Shown here: piece by piece, positions 37,739-46,273 of the stretch
How positions within the stretch are numbered: position 1 is the first letter of the stretch
Layout of the letters: each line of letters opens with the position of its first letter
DNA from: an uncultured Verrucomicrobiota bacterium
GTDB taxonomy: Bacteria; Verrucomicrobiota; Verrucomicrobiia; Limisphaerales; UBA9464
DNA length: 64,000 nt
Reading direction: 5' to 3'
NCBI GenBank assembly: GCA_903916195.1
Contig: CAIWVP010000141.1
Coordinates: forward strand, 27,620-91,619
Made by a program: the position numbers and the translations under genes
Notes under the pieces: model-generated
The model's database searches: none
What the model was told of the DNA's origin: nothing
What the model saw: the letters and a program-made list of their open reading frames with translations, nothing else

Positions 37739-38512
37739 TCACTTGGCGGCCGGCGCGTTGGTGGAGACCGAGACCTTGGCGCTGCCGTCGGTGCCGACCT
37801 CGGCGTTGAGTCGCACCGGGGCGTTCGTGGCCTTGGCGCCGGGCGAGCGGATGCCTTCCGAGAGGGCCTGCGCGCCCTTCTTCTCGAAGCCGTAGAGGCT
37901 GCGACGGATGAAATCGAGGCGGTTGGCGATGCTGAGCTCTTCCTTGAGCTTGCGGACCTGGTCGCGGAGCGCCGCGAGGTCCTGGAACTTGCGCTCGAGC
38001 TCGGCCTTCTCGGCGAGCAGGCGCTTGAGCTCTTTCTGGAGCAGTTCGCGGTCGCCTTCGCTGGCGGCGAGCTTGCGTTCGGTCTCGCGGATCTGGCCGG
38101 CGAGGCCGGTGATCCGGGTGTTGAGGCCGTCCATCTTTTTGGTGAGCTCGTCCTTCTGGCCTTCGAGTTCAGTGATCTTGGCGTTGCGCTCGTCGAGCTC
38201 GGCCTTGGCCTTCTCGGCGGCTGCCTTGGCATCGGCCTCGGTCTTGGCGAGCTCGCCGGTGACCGCGGTGAGCTTGTTGGAGGTGAGCTTCAGCTCTTCG
38301 CCGCGCTGGCCGAGCGTGGTCTCTAGGTGGACGTTGACCTTCTGCTGCTCGGTGAGCTTCACCGTGGTGGCGAAGACGTCGTTCGAAAGTGCGATGATGC
38401 GGGATTCGGCCACGACGCGTTCATCGGCCGCCTTTTTGCTGGTCAGGAACCAGCCGACGCCGAGACCGAGGGCGGCGATGACGAGCACGATGGTGATGGT
38501 CTTGGCATTCAT
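37739..38512 (-). CDS. Membrane-anchored coiled-coil protein
   Basis: Single N-terminal TM helix then about 190 aa of K/E/L-rich heptads. Confidence 0.8.
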   Translation of the reverse strand: MNAKTITIVLVIAALGLGVGWFLTSKKAADERVVAESRIIALSNDVFATTVKLTEQQKVNVHLETTLGQRGEELKLTSNKLTAVTGELAKTEADAKAAAEKAKAELDERNAKITELEGQKDELTKKMDGLNTRITGLAGQIRETERKLAASEGDRELLQKELKRLLAEKAELERKFQDLAALRDQVRKLKEELSIANRLDFIRRSLYGFEKKGAQALSEGIRSPGAKATNAPVRLNAEVGTDGSAKVSVSTNAPAAK

Positions 38513-38603
38513 TGGCAGGTTGACGGTGCGGGCAGGCCGGAAGGTTGGCAAGCGCCGTCCGGGCAGCGCTTGCACTACGACCGGGCGGCGGTAGCCTGAA
38601 TTC

Positions 38604-39269
38604 ATGGAGATTCCCGAACGAGCGGGCGTGATGGTCGTGCGAGGGTGCGTCTTGTTCCCGCGTTCGTTGATGCCGTTGTTCATCTTCGAGCCGCGGTACC
38701 GGACGATGCTGTCCGAAGCGTTGGAAACGGACCGGATGTTCTGCCTCGCCGTGCCGAAGCCGGGGTCGACCCGGGGCTCGCCGTGCGAGGTCGCCGGTCT
38801 CGGGCTGGTCCGGGCGTCGGTGCTGAACAGCGACGGCACCTCCAATCTCGTCCTGCAAGGGCTGACGCGGGTCCGGTTGGGGAAGGCCGTCCGGTACAAA
38901 CCCTATCGGCAGCATCTGATCGAGCCGTTGGAGGACGTCGTCGAGGAGAGCCTGGTGGTGGACGCCTTGGTCGCCCGGGTGCTCGACCTGACGGAGGCCC
39001 GCTTGCGCATCGGCACCCAGATCCCGCTGGCGTTGCTGCGTCAACTGGCGGGTGGCGGCGAGACCGAAGGTCCGGTGACCGTGGAGGGCTGCGTCGACCC
39101 GTTGCGACGGATGACCGATCCGGGGGCGATGGCCGACATGGTGGCGACGATGCTCCTGCCCGACGGGGCGAAGCGGCAGGTCATCCTCCAGGCGGCCGGG
39201 GTCGAGGAGCGGCTGAGGCATCTGGTGCGCTTGCTGTCGGCCGAGGTCACCCGGGCCAAGAAATCCTGA
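38604..39269 (+). CDS. LON peptidase substrate-binding domain protein (no ATPase or protease domain)
   Basis: VLFP..LMPLFIFEPRYR.ML, DG.SNLVLQG..RV, KRQ.IL....VEERL. Confidence 0.88.
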   Translation: MEIPERAGVMVVRGCVLFPRSLMPLFIFEPRYRTMLSEALETDRMFCLAVPKPGSTRGSPCEVAGLGLVRASVLNSDGTSNLVLQGLTRVRLGKAVRYKPYRQHLIEPLEDVVEESLVVDALVARVLDLTEARLRIGTQIPLALLRQLAGGGETEGPVTVEGCVDPLRRMTDPGAMADMVATMLLPDGAKRQVILQAAGVEERLRHLVRLLSAEVTRAKKS

Positions 39270-39292
39270 GACGATGACGCATCCCCGCGTCA

Positions 39293-39624
39293 CCCGATGA
39301 AGAAGCTTCGGCCGGTCCCGGTCCGGGCTTGTTCGGGCCGCTCGTGACCGGCCGCGCGCAGACGGGCCCACGTTCCTGGGCAAGGTCGACGCCCCGCGGA
39401 CCGGGAATCCCGACGGCGTCGACACCGGGGCGGCGAAGGTCTTCATCGACCCGCTCCAGAGGCTCCGGTCCGAGACGCGAGGGAACCGCGATGCGGAGGA
39501 GACGCGTCTCCTGGCGCCGGTGCCGGATGTCGTGCGGACGGGTTGCGTCGAAGTGATCGACGCCGCGGCCTCCGCGGCCAAAGATGGGGCGCGACGACCG
39601 GGAGGCCCGGCGGAACTTCGCTGA
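39293..39624 (+). pseudogene. Degenerate DUF1844-like pseudogene
   Basis: LFGPLV..RAQT in one frame, shift near 39365-39370, then FLGK...P.TG....VD..AAK.FID.L..L...TRGN...EE..LL; no clean start. Confidence 0.5.
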
Positions 39625-39655
39625 AACCCGCCGTGACCCGGCGGGTTTTCCGACC

Positions 39656-39874
39656 ATGAAACTTTTCATCGCCCTCGTGCTCTGGTGCCTGCTGTTCGTG
39701 CTGTGCTGGCCGCTCGCGCTGCTGGCACCGGTGCTGTTCCCGCTCGTCTGGCTCGCGGCGCTGCCGTTCCGGTTGGCGGCGATCGTGGTGGTATCGTCGT
39801 TCGCGCTGTCGCGGGCGGTGCTGATGCTTCCTGCGCGTCTGTTGGGTGGCGGACCCGCCCGGGGCGCGGCATGA
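39656..39874 (+). CDS. Small hydrophobic membrane protein (LWC.LFVLCWPLALL motif)
   Basis: 72-aa very hydrophobic ORF; ATGA overlap with the downstream permease. Confidence 0.75.
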   Translation: MKLFIALVLWCLLFVLCWPLALLAPVLFPLVWLAALPFRLAAIVVVSSFALSRAVLMLPARLLGGGPARGAA

Positions 39875-40677
39875 CGAAGTATCTCCACGTGCTCTCGATC
39901 GGCGTGCAGAACACGCTGGTCTACCGCGTGAACTTCCTGTTCCGCGCGGCGTTCGGGCTGGTCCCGCTGATGGGCACGCTCTACGTGTGGCGCGCGATCT
40001 ACGCCGGGAAGGCCGATGGCGAGCAGATCGGCGCCTACACCTTGAGCGGGATGGTGAGCTACTATCTCCTGGTCAACTTCGTGGACGCGCTGACGGCGGT
40101 CGCGGAGGACGACTGGCAGATCGCGGCGGACATCAAGGACGGGAACATCAGCCAGTTCCTGCTGAAGCCGATCGATTACCTCGCCTACCGCCTCTGCCTC
40201 TATCTCTCGGGCCGCGCCATCTACACCGGCGTCGCGCTGGTCCCGGTCGCGGCGTTCACGTACCTCTTGCGGGCCGATTTCACCTGGCCGGCCGACGCCG
40301 GGACCGCGGGATTGTTCCTGCTCTCGGTGCTGATGGCGGGGTTGATCCAGTTCTTCTTGGCCTACACCTTGGCTCTGCTCGCGTTCTGGGTGCTCGACGT
40401 GAGCACGTTCATCTTCATCCAGTTCGCCTTCGAGTACCTGGCGAGCGGCCATCTTTTCCCGCTGGATCTCTTGCCGGCATGGCTCGCGCAGATGCTCAAG
40501 CTCACGCCGTATCCGTATCTGTGCTGGTTCCCGGTCTCGGTCTACCTCGGGCGCGTGACCGGACCGGAACTGTGGACCGGTCTCGCGATCCAAGCGGCAT
40601 GGGTCGTGGCCGGGTACGCGTTGGCGCGGCATGTCTGGGCGCGAGGGATCCGCAAGTATTCGGCGGTCGGAGGTTGA
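39871..40677 (+). CDS. ABC-2 family transporter permease (DUF990-like)
   Basis: YR.NF, IA.DIKDG.I..FLLKPIDY, SG.LFPLD.LP, 6 TM segments. Confidence 0.88.
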   Translation: MTKYLHVLSIGVQNTLVYRVNFLFRAAFGLVPLMGTLYVWRAIYAGKADGEQIGAYTLSGMVSYYLLVNFVDALTAVAEDDWQIAADIKDGNISQFLLKPIDYLAYRLCLYLSGRAIYTGVALVPVAAFTYLLRADFTWPADAGTAGLFLLSVLMAGLIQFFLAYTLALLAFWVLDVSTFIFIQFAFEYLASGHLFPLDLLPAWLAQMLKLTPYPYLCWFPVSVYLGRVTGPELWTGLAIQAAWVVAGYALARHVWARGIRKYSAVGG

Positions 40678-40684
40678 GGAGCCG

Positions 40685-41488
40685 ATGAAGACCTTGGCGC
40701 GCTATCTGTCCCTCTATGCCGCGATGTGGCGCAACAGCGTCACGCGGGAGATGTCGTTCAAGCTCAACTTCGTGCTCTGGATCGTGGTGGAACTGCTCTG
40801 GTTCGCGCTGCAGCTGGTCTTCATGTCGGTGCTGTACTCGCACACGGACAGCATCGCCGGATGGTCGAAATGGGAGGTCGTGATGCTGGTGGGCTGCGCG
40901 AACTTCATCCAGCAGCTCTTCACGGCGTTCTTCCTGACCAACCTGACCGACATCTCGGAGCACATCCGCACGGGGAAGCTCGATTTCATGCTGCTCCTGC
41001 CGGTGAACACGCGGTTCCTCGTGTCGCTGCGGAAGGTCGACCTCGGCTCGTACATCAACTCGGCCTGCGCGCTGGCCGTGATGGCCTACGCGGCGTGGCG
41101 GCTGGATTTCACGCCCACGGCCGTGCAGGTGGCCGGTTTCGCTGTGATGGCCCTGGCCGGGTTGACGGTCCACTACTCGCTGATGTTCCTGCTGGTGACG
41201 ACGTCGTTCTGGACGGTCCGCGCCCAAGGGGTCGTCTACGGCTACTACAACCTCTTCAACATCGCGCGGCTGCCGGATTCCGCCTTCCCGCGCGGGGCCT
41301 TCAAGGCGTTCTTCACCTTCGGCCTGCCGATGCTGCTGGTGTCGAACGTCCCGGTGAAGGTGCTGCTCGGGAAGCTCGGCTCGCCGTGGGAGATGGCGAT
41401 GCTGGCCGGGATGGCGGGCGCGTGCCTCGGCGTCAGCGAACTCGTCTGGCGCTGGTCGTTGCGGCATTACACGAGCGCCAGTTCCTGA
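40685..41488 (+). CDS. ABC-2 family transporter permease (DUF990-like)
   Basis: IAGWS..E, IRTGKLDF.LL.PV, multi-TM. Confidence 0.88.
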   Translation: MKTLARYLSLYAAMWRNSVTREMSFKLNFVLWIVVELLWFALQLVFMSVLYSHTDSIAGWSKWEVVMLVGCANFIQQLFTAFFLTNLTDISEHIRTGKLDFMLLLPVNTRFLVSLRKVDLGSYINSACALAVMAYAAWRLDFTPTAVQVAGFAVMALAGLTVHYSLMFLLVTTSFWTVRAQGVVYGYYNLFNIARLPDSAFPRGAFKAFFTFGLPMLLVSNVPVKVLLGKLGSPWEMAMLAGMAGACLGVSELVWRWSLRHYTSASS

Positions 41489-41549
41489 GGTGCGCCGTTC
41501 GCGGAGAAATCCCTTCCCGATCCTCCGCGGTCTTCCACAGTCTCGCCGC

Positions 41550-42437
41550 ATGCCGATCCAGGAAGCGCCGAAACTCGTGAAATGGCCGTTTTTGTTGGGG
41601 GATGCGCTGCTCGTCGGGGCGGCCGCGTTCCTTATCTCCACCGCTTCGTGGCCGCTCAGCCGTTGGGAGATCGCGGCGGTGGTGCCGTGCTGCATCATCG
41701 GCGCCGTGTTGGCCGTGCTGCCGTTCATCCGCGAGCACAACGCCGCGGTGAAGCTCTGGGAGCAGTCGAACCTGGCCGAGGCTTCCCGGCAACTGGACCA
41801 ATTGGTCACCATCGCGAACCAGATCTCCGCGGCCACCACCCATTGGCAATCCGTCCAGGATTCGGCGGCGAAGACGGTCGCGTCCGGCGACGACCTGGCC
41901 AAGAAGATGACCGCCGAGGCGCGGGCCTTCGCGGAGTTCCTGCAGCGCGGCGATGCGCAGGAGAAGGCGGCGATGCGGCTGGAGATCGACAAGCTCCGGC
42001 GCGGCGAAGGTGAATCGCTCCAGGTCGTGATCCATCTGCTCGACCATATCTATGCGTTGTTCCTCGCGGGCGTGCGCTCCGGACAAGCGCCGTTGGCGCA
42101 GCAGCTCGGGCAGTTCCGTGGGGCGTGCCTGGACACCGTGCGGCGTCTCGGCGTCGTCGCGCATGAGGCCCGGCCCGGGGAGGACTTCGACCCGAAGGCC
42201 CACCAGACGCCCGACGGCCAAGAACCGGCGCCCGACGCGAAGGTCCAGGGCACGCTGGCCTGCGGCTACACGTTCCAAGGCCAGGCGGTCCGGCGGATCC
42301 TGGTCGCCATCGCCAAGCCGGAGCTGACGAACGAGCCCGCGGCCGAAGGCGCAAGCGGACCGGACGCGATCGCCGAAGGTCCGGCTGCCCATCCCGCGGC
42401 CGCGGACCTGCCGCTCGACGAGGGGGGGCCGGTCTGA
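41550..42437 (+). CDS. Membrane-anchored GrpE-like protein
   Basis: Two N-terminal TM helices, coiled coil, then LLD, GEDFDPKAHQ, GY.FQG..VR..LV GrpE head motifs. Confidence 0.7.
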   Translation: MPIQEAPKLVKWPFLLGDALLVGAAAFLISTASWPLSRWEIAAVVPCCIIGAVLAVLPFIREHNAAVKLWEQSNLAEASRQLDQLVTIANQISAATTHWQSVQDSAAKTVASGDDLAKKMTAEARAFAEFLQRGDAQEKAAMRLEIDKLRRGEGESLQVVIHLLDHIYALFLAGVRSGQAPLAQQLGQFRGACLDTVRRLGVVAHEARPGEDFDPKAHQTPDGQEPAPDAKVQGTLACGYTFQGQAVRRILVAIAKPELTNEPAAEGASGPDAIAEGPAAHPAAADLPLDEGGPV

Positions 42438-42449
42438 GCCGGGGCATCG

Positions 42450-42509
42450 GTGTCCCGGCGCATGCCGGGACACGGCACGAAAAAGCCCGCCTAGGGGTCA
42501 GGCGGGCTT
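42450..42509. terminator. Two tandem hairpins between convergent genes (bidirectional terminator)
   Basis: GTGTCCCGGC-GCAT-GCCGGGACAC and AAGCCCGCCT-N7-AGGCGGGCTT with an A-run on the left. Confidence 0.75.
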
Positions 42510-42537
42510 CAACGGTTCCGGTCGGTGACCGGTCGGA

Positions 42538-42933
42538 TCACTTCGCGCCTTGGTCGACCCAAGCGCGGATCAAGGCGACCTGGTCCTTGGTCCAGGGTTC
42601 TCCTTTGCCTTCGGGTGGCATGGCTTCGTCGTCGACGAGCCGGCCGACGCTGTGGACCAGGGTGCTCTTGGCGCTGTCCTTGGCGACCACGTTCGGGCCG
42701 TTCTCGCCGCCCTTGAGGGTGGCTTCGAGCGAGTCGAGCCGGAGCTTGCCTTTCTGCTTCTCGGCGCCGTGGCACTTGAAGCAGGACTTCTCGAACATCG
42801 GACGGATGTCCTTGTCGTAGGTGAGCCCGGTCGTCTTGGCGGCGGGCGGCAACTTGCTGATGTCGGGGCCGGCGGCCAAAGCGGTGAGGGCGATGGCGGA
42901 CAGGGTGGACAGGGCGAGGAATGGTGTCTTCAT
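42538..42933 (-). CDS. Stand-alone planctomycete-type cytochrome c (PSCyt1)
   Basis: Signal peptide, DIRP.FEKSCFKCHG.EKQKG.LRLDS, MPP, LIRAWVDQGA. Confidence 0.88.
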   Translation of the reverse strand: MKTPFLALSTLSAIALTALAAGPDISKLPPAAKTTGLTYDKDIRPMFEKSCFKCHGAEKQKGKLRLDSLEATLKGGENGPNVVAKDSAKSTLVHSVGRLVDDEAMPPEGKGEPWTKDQVALIRAWVDQGAK

Positions 42934-43135
42934 GCTCTAGATCGGGTCGTACCGCGCGAACGTGTGGGATGACGGCAGGACGGTCAAAACCATTCAACGG
43001 ATGACGGCCGGGCCGTATCCCGGCGGCTGGATTTTTCGACGAAGGTCCGGCGACTCGGCATTGCGGGTGCTTCAATCGCACCATTGCCGAGCCAACGACC
43101 GATCGTCACCGGGAAATTCTCGTTGGGTGGTTGGT

Positions 43136-43168
43136 TTGACAAAACCGTGAAGTTTGCGTGACGTTTTT
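43136..43168. promoter_or_regulatory. 11-bp-periodic direct repeats (OmpR/PhoB-like box candidate) overlapping TTGACA
   Basis: TTGAC 43136, GTGAA 43147, GTGAC 43158 in an AT-rich divergent intergenic region. Confidence 0.4.
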
Positions 43169-43215
43169 CAACATTCAGTGATCGTGAAGGCGGCGCCGAG
43201 GCGTCGATCATCCCT

Positions 43216-44058
43216 ATGTCGGAAGACAAGATGCAGCTCCAAAGGTGGGAGCTGAAGTACCTGATCCCGGAGGCGCTGGCGCTGACCGTGCGCGAGTTCG
43301 TGCGCTCGTACCTCGAGTTGGACGAGTACGGGGCGAAGCGCGCGGACCTGAGCTACACGATCCACAACCTCTACCTCGACTCGGATGCCCTCGCCATCTA
43401 CTGGGGCACGATCAACGGCGACAAGAACCGCTACAAGCTGCGCCTGCGTTTCTACGAGGACAACCCGAACGCCCCGCTCTTCTTCGAGATCAAGCGCCGG
43501 ATGAACGACGCCATCCTCAAGCAGCGCGGCGGCGTGAAGCGCCACGCGGTCCATGCGGTCTTGGGCGGGCAGCAACCGGCCGGGCCGGAGCTGGTCTCCG
43601 GCGACGTCCGGCAACTCGTCGCGATCCAACGTTTCGTGGAGCTGATGTCGGTCGATCGGGCGGTGCCTGTGGCCCACGTCTGCTACGAACGCGAGGCATG
43701 GATCAGCCCGACCGACAACTCGGTGCGGGTCACGATGGACCGCAGGGTCATGATCTCGCCCGAGTTCACCACCCGGTTCACGGCGCAGATGGACGCCCCG
43801 GTCTGCGTTTTCGGGCCGTTGGTCGTGTTGGAATTGAAGTTCACCGGACGTTTCCCGGATTGGTTCAAGGAACTCGTGCGCATCTTCAACCTCCGACAAG
43901 GCTCGGCGTCGAAGTACGCCGACGGCATCGCCCTCAAGGGCGAGCACCATTTCTATCCGCCCAGCGGGATGCCGCCCGTGCACGCGGACCCGTCCGGAGC
44001 GGCCAGCCGCGAGGAGCGGTTGGCCAGACTCGACAACCTGCTCTCGAAGGCGGCATAA
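43216..44058 (+). CDS. VTC (polyphosphate polymerase) domain protein, CYTH-like
   Basis: R.ELKY, YTIHNLYLDS, RYKLRLRFY, FEIKRR, YEREA, RVT.D, LELKF, SKY. Confidence 0.9.
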   Translation: MSEDKMQLQRWELKYLIPEALALTVREFVRSYLELDEYGAKRADLSYTIHNLYLDSDALAIYWGTINGDKNRYKLRLRFYEDNPNAPLFFEIKRRMNDAILKQRGGVKRHAVHAVLGGQQPAGPELVSGDVRQLVAIQRFVELMSVDRAVPVAHVCYEREAWISPTDNSVRVTMDRRVMISPEFTTRFTAQMDAPVCVFGPLVVLELKFTGRFPDWFKELVRIFNLRQGSASKYADGIALKGEHHFYPPSGMPPVHADPSGAASREERLARLDNLLSKAA

Positions 44059-44070
44059 CGCATCGACCAC

Positions 44071-44757
44071 ATGGGAAACTGGCTACTTCGCGGCGATTTC
44101 GGCACTGTGCCCGACGACTTGGAAGGGATGGCTCTGGGGCTGATGCTCGCGTTCCTCTGTGGGCATGTCATCGCCTGGGTCTACATGGCCTGCCATAGCG
44201 GCCTGAGCTACTCCCGCTCCTTCGTCAACGCGCTCATCGTGCTGTGCCTCATCGTGTCGGTCGTGATGATGGTGATGGCCAACAACATCCTCGTCGCGTT
44301 CGGCCTGATGGCGGTGTTCGCCATCGTCCGCTTCCGCAACGTCCTCCGAGACACGCTCGATGCCACGTACATCTTGGCGTCGATCACTGTCGGGATGGCT
44401 TGCGGCACGAGGAAGTTCAGCACCGCGGTCCTCGCCACCTTGGTGTTCGCGGCCCTCATGATGTATCTGCACTGGTCACGCTTCGGCGCGCGGCACCGGT
44501 ACGACCTGATCCTCAACCTCCACTGGGCGCGCCCCTTGGGTGATCTGCCGGACCTCGCCGGCCTGCTCGACCGGCATTCCCGCAGGACCCAGCTCGCCAG
44601 CCAGCGGAGCAACACGGGTTACGACGGCTCCGACCTCAGTTACCGTCTGCTCCTGCGCGACACCGGGCGCATGGATGAACTCGTGACCGAGCTGAGATCG
44701 TTCCCGGGCGTCTCCCGGGTCACCAGCCTCAAGGCCGAGGACGAATCCGAAGTCTGA
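44071..44757 (+). CDS. DUF4956 membrane protein
   Basis: SYSRSF...L, AFGL.AVFAIVRFR..L.D..D, GMACG; C-terminal ACT-like domain. Confidence 0.88.
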   Translation: MGNWLLRGDFGTVPDDLEGMALGLMLAFLCGHVIAWVYMACHSGLSYSRSFVNALIVLCLIVSVVMMVMANNILVAFGLMAVFAIVRFRNVLRDTLDATYILASITVGMACGTRKFSTAVLATLVFAALMMYLHWSRFGARHRYDLILNLHWARPLGDLPDLAGLLDRHSRRTQLASQRSNTGYDGSDLSYRLLLRDTGRMDELVTELRSFPGVSRVTSLKAEDESEV

Positions 44758-44760
44758 TCG

Positions 44761-45852
44761 ATGGACAAACTACCTAGAATCCCGAGTCCTCCCGGCACCC
44801 TGTGGCGCGAATTCCGCGTGACGGCGATGCCGTGCATCGTGTTCGCGGCGGTGCTGGGGCTGACCGCTGTCACCTGGCGCAGCTACGTCGGACCCTCGTC
44901 GCTCGTCGGCGAAGTGGAGGCGGTGAGGGCCCTGGTCGCTGCCCCGCAGGCCGGCCGCATCGTCGAGCTCGACGTCCGCCACATGGAGCGGGTGAGCAAA
45001 GGCCAGCTGCTGGGCCGCATCGTCGTGGCCGATCCGAAGGTCCTCCAAGCGAACCTGGCCCTGAGCAAGGCCCGGATCGAGTTGATCCGGATGTCGCCCG
45101 TGCCGGAGCTCCGGCTGGGGAACAACGGCATCAGCTACGAGAACCTGAGGCTCCGATGGCTGGAGCAACGTCTCTCTTTGGCCACCGCCAAGAGCGATCT
45201 GACCTACTACGAGGCCGAGTTCGCCCGGGCGCAGAAGCTCTTCTCCGAACAGCTCATCAGCCAGGCCTCGCTGGACCTCGCCCGCAAGAACGTCGAGATC
45301 ACCCGCACCAAGATCGACGAGCAGACCAAGCTCCTCGCCGAGGCGGAGATCGCCATCCGGTCCGTCAAGCCGGCGGATCCTTCCCCGTCCGTCGACGGCA
45401 TGCCGGGCTCGGTGAAGGCGGCGATGGATGTGGAACAGAGGAACCTCGACCTGCTGGAGGCGCAGATGGCGCCCTTGCCGCTCGTCTGCCCGATCGACGG
45501 CGTCGTGAGCGTGGTCAACCATCGTGTCAACGAGAGCGTCGCCGCCGGCGAAGCGGTCCTCACCGTCAGCGCCATCGCAGCCGACCGCATCGTTGCGTAT
45601 CTTCGCCAACCGCTCACCTACGAGCCCCGGATCAACCAACGGGTCGAGGTCCGGGCGCGGTCGCATCGCCGCGGATCCGGGCAGGGACAGATCATCGCGA
45701 TCGGCGCGCAGTTGGAGCCCGTCCTGGCCGAACTTCTCCCGATGAAGGCGGCGAACGGGGCGGCTGAATACGGCCGGCCGATCGTCGTCAGCGTTCCTCC
45801 CGGTCTGGGGGTCCTGCCGGGCGAGATCGTGGACCTCCGGCCCATCGATTGA
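44761..45852 (+). CDS. HlyD-family periplasmic adaptor (membrane fusion protein)
   Basis: One TM helix, AAPQAGRIVEL.V...ERV.KGQLL and CPIDGVV lipoyl halves flanking a helical hairpin, PGE.V end. Confidence 0.85.
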   Translation: MDKLPRIPSPPGTLWREFRVTAMPCIVFAAVLGLTAVTWRSYVGPSSLVGEVEAVRALVAAPQAGRIVELDVRHMERVSKGQLLGRIVVADPKVLQANLALSKARIELIRMSPVPELRLGNNGISYENLRLRWLEQRLSLATAKSDLTYYEAEFARAQKLFSEQLISQASLDLARKNVEITRTKIDEQTKLLAEAEIAIRSVKPADPSPSVDGMPGSVKAAMDVEQRNLDLLEAQMAPLPLVCPIDGVVSVVNHRVNESVAAGEAVLTVSAIAADRIVAYLRQPLTYEPRINQRVEVRARSHRRGSGQGQIIAIGAQLEPVLAELLPMKAANGAAEYGRPIVVSVPPGLGVLPGEIVDLRPID

Positions 45853-45939
45853 CGGCGGCCGCTAAAATGCAGCTTGCCGCAAAGGGGTCGCGACACCATA
45901 TATCCCCGCGCATTTCGCAACTTTAAACAGAATCTGACT

Positions 45940-46173
45940 ATGGCTGACCTCGCCAACCGCTACCAAGAGAACGTCACCGGCAAGTATTTCGTCGACAACC
46001 AGTGCATCGATTGCGATCTCTGCCGCGAGACCGCTCCCCAGAATTACACCCGCTTCGACGACGGTGGCTACAGCTACGTCAAGAAGCAGCCCGAGACCCC
46101 CGAAGAAGAGGCGGCCTGCAAGGAAGCCATGGAAGGCTGCCCGGTCGAGGCGATCGGTGACAAAGGAGCCTGA
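45940..46173 (+). CDS. Single-cluster ferredoxin
   Basis: CIDCDLC ... CPVEAI; 77 aa, acidic. Confidence 0.93.
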   Translation: MADLANRYQENVTGKYFVDNQCIDCDLCRETAPQNYTRFDDGGYSYVKKQPETPEEEAACKEAMEGCPVEAIGDKGA

Positions 46174-46196
46174 TCCGGACGCCCTGTAGGTCCATG

Positions 46197-46228
46197 ACGC
46201 CCGCCTGCCCGGCGGGCGTTTTCGTTTC
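46197..46228 (+). terminator. Rho-independent terminator after ferredoxin
   Basis: ACGCCCGCC-TGCCC-GGCGGGCGT followed by TTTCGTTT. Confidence 0.75.
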
Positions 46229-46273
46229 CGGATCCCCGTCCGCGACCGATCCAGTCCGAGGGGTTTGGTGGGG

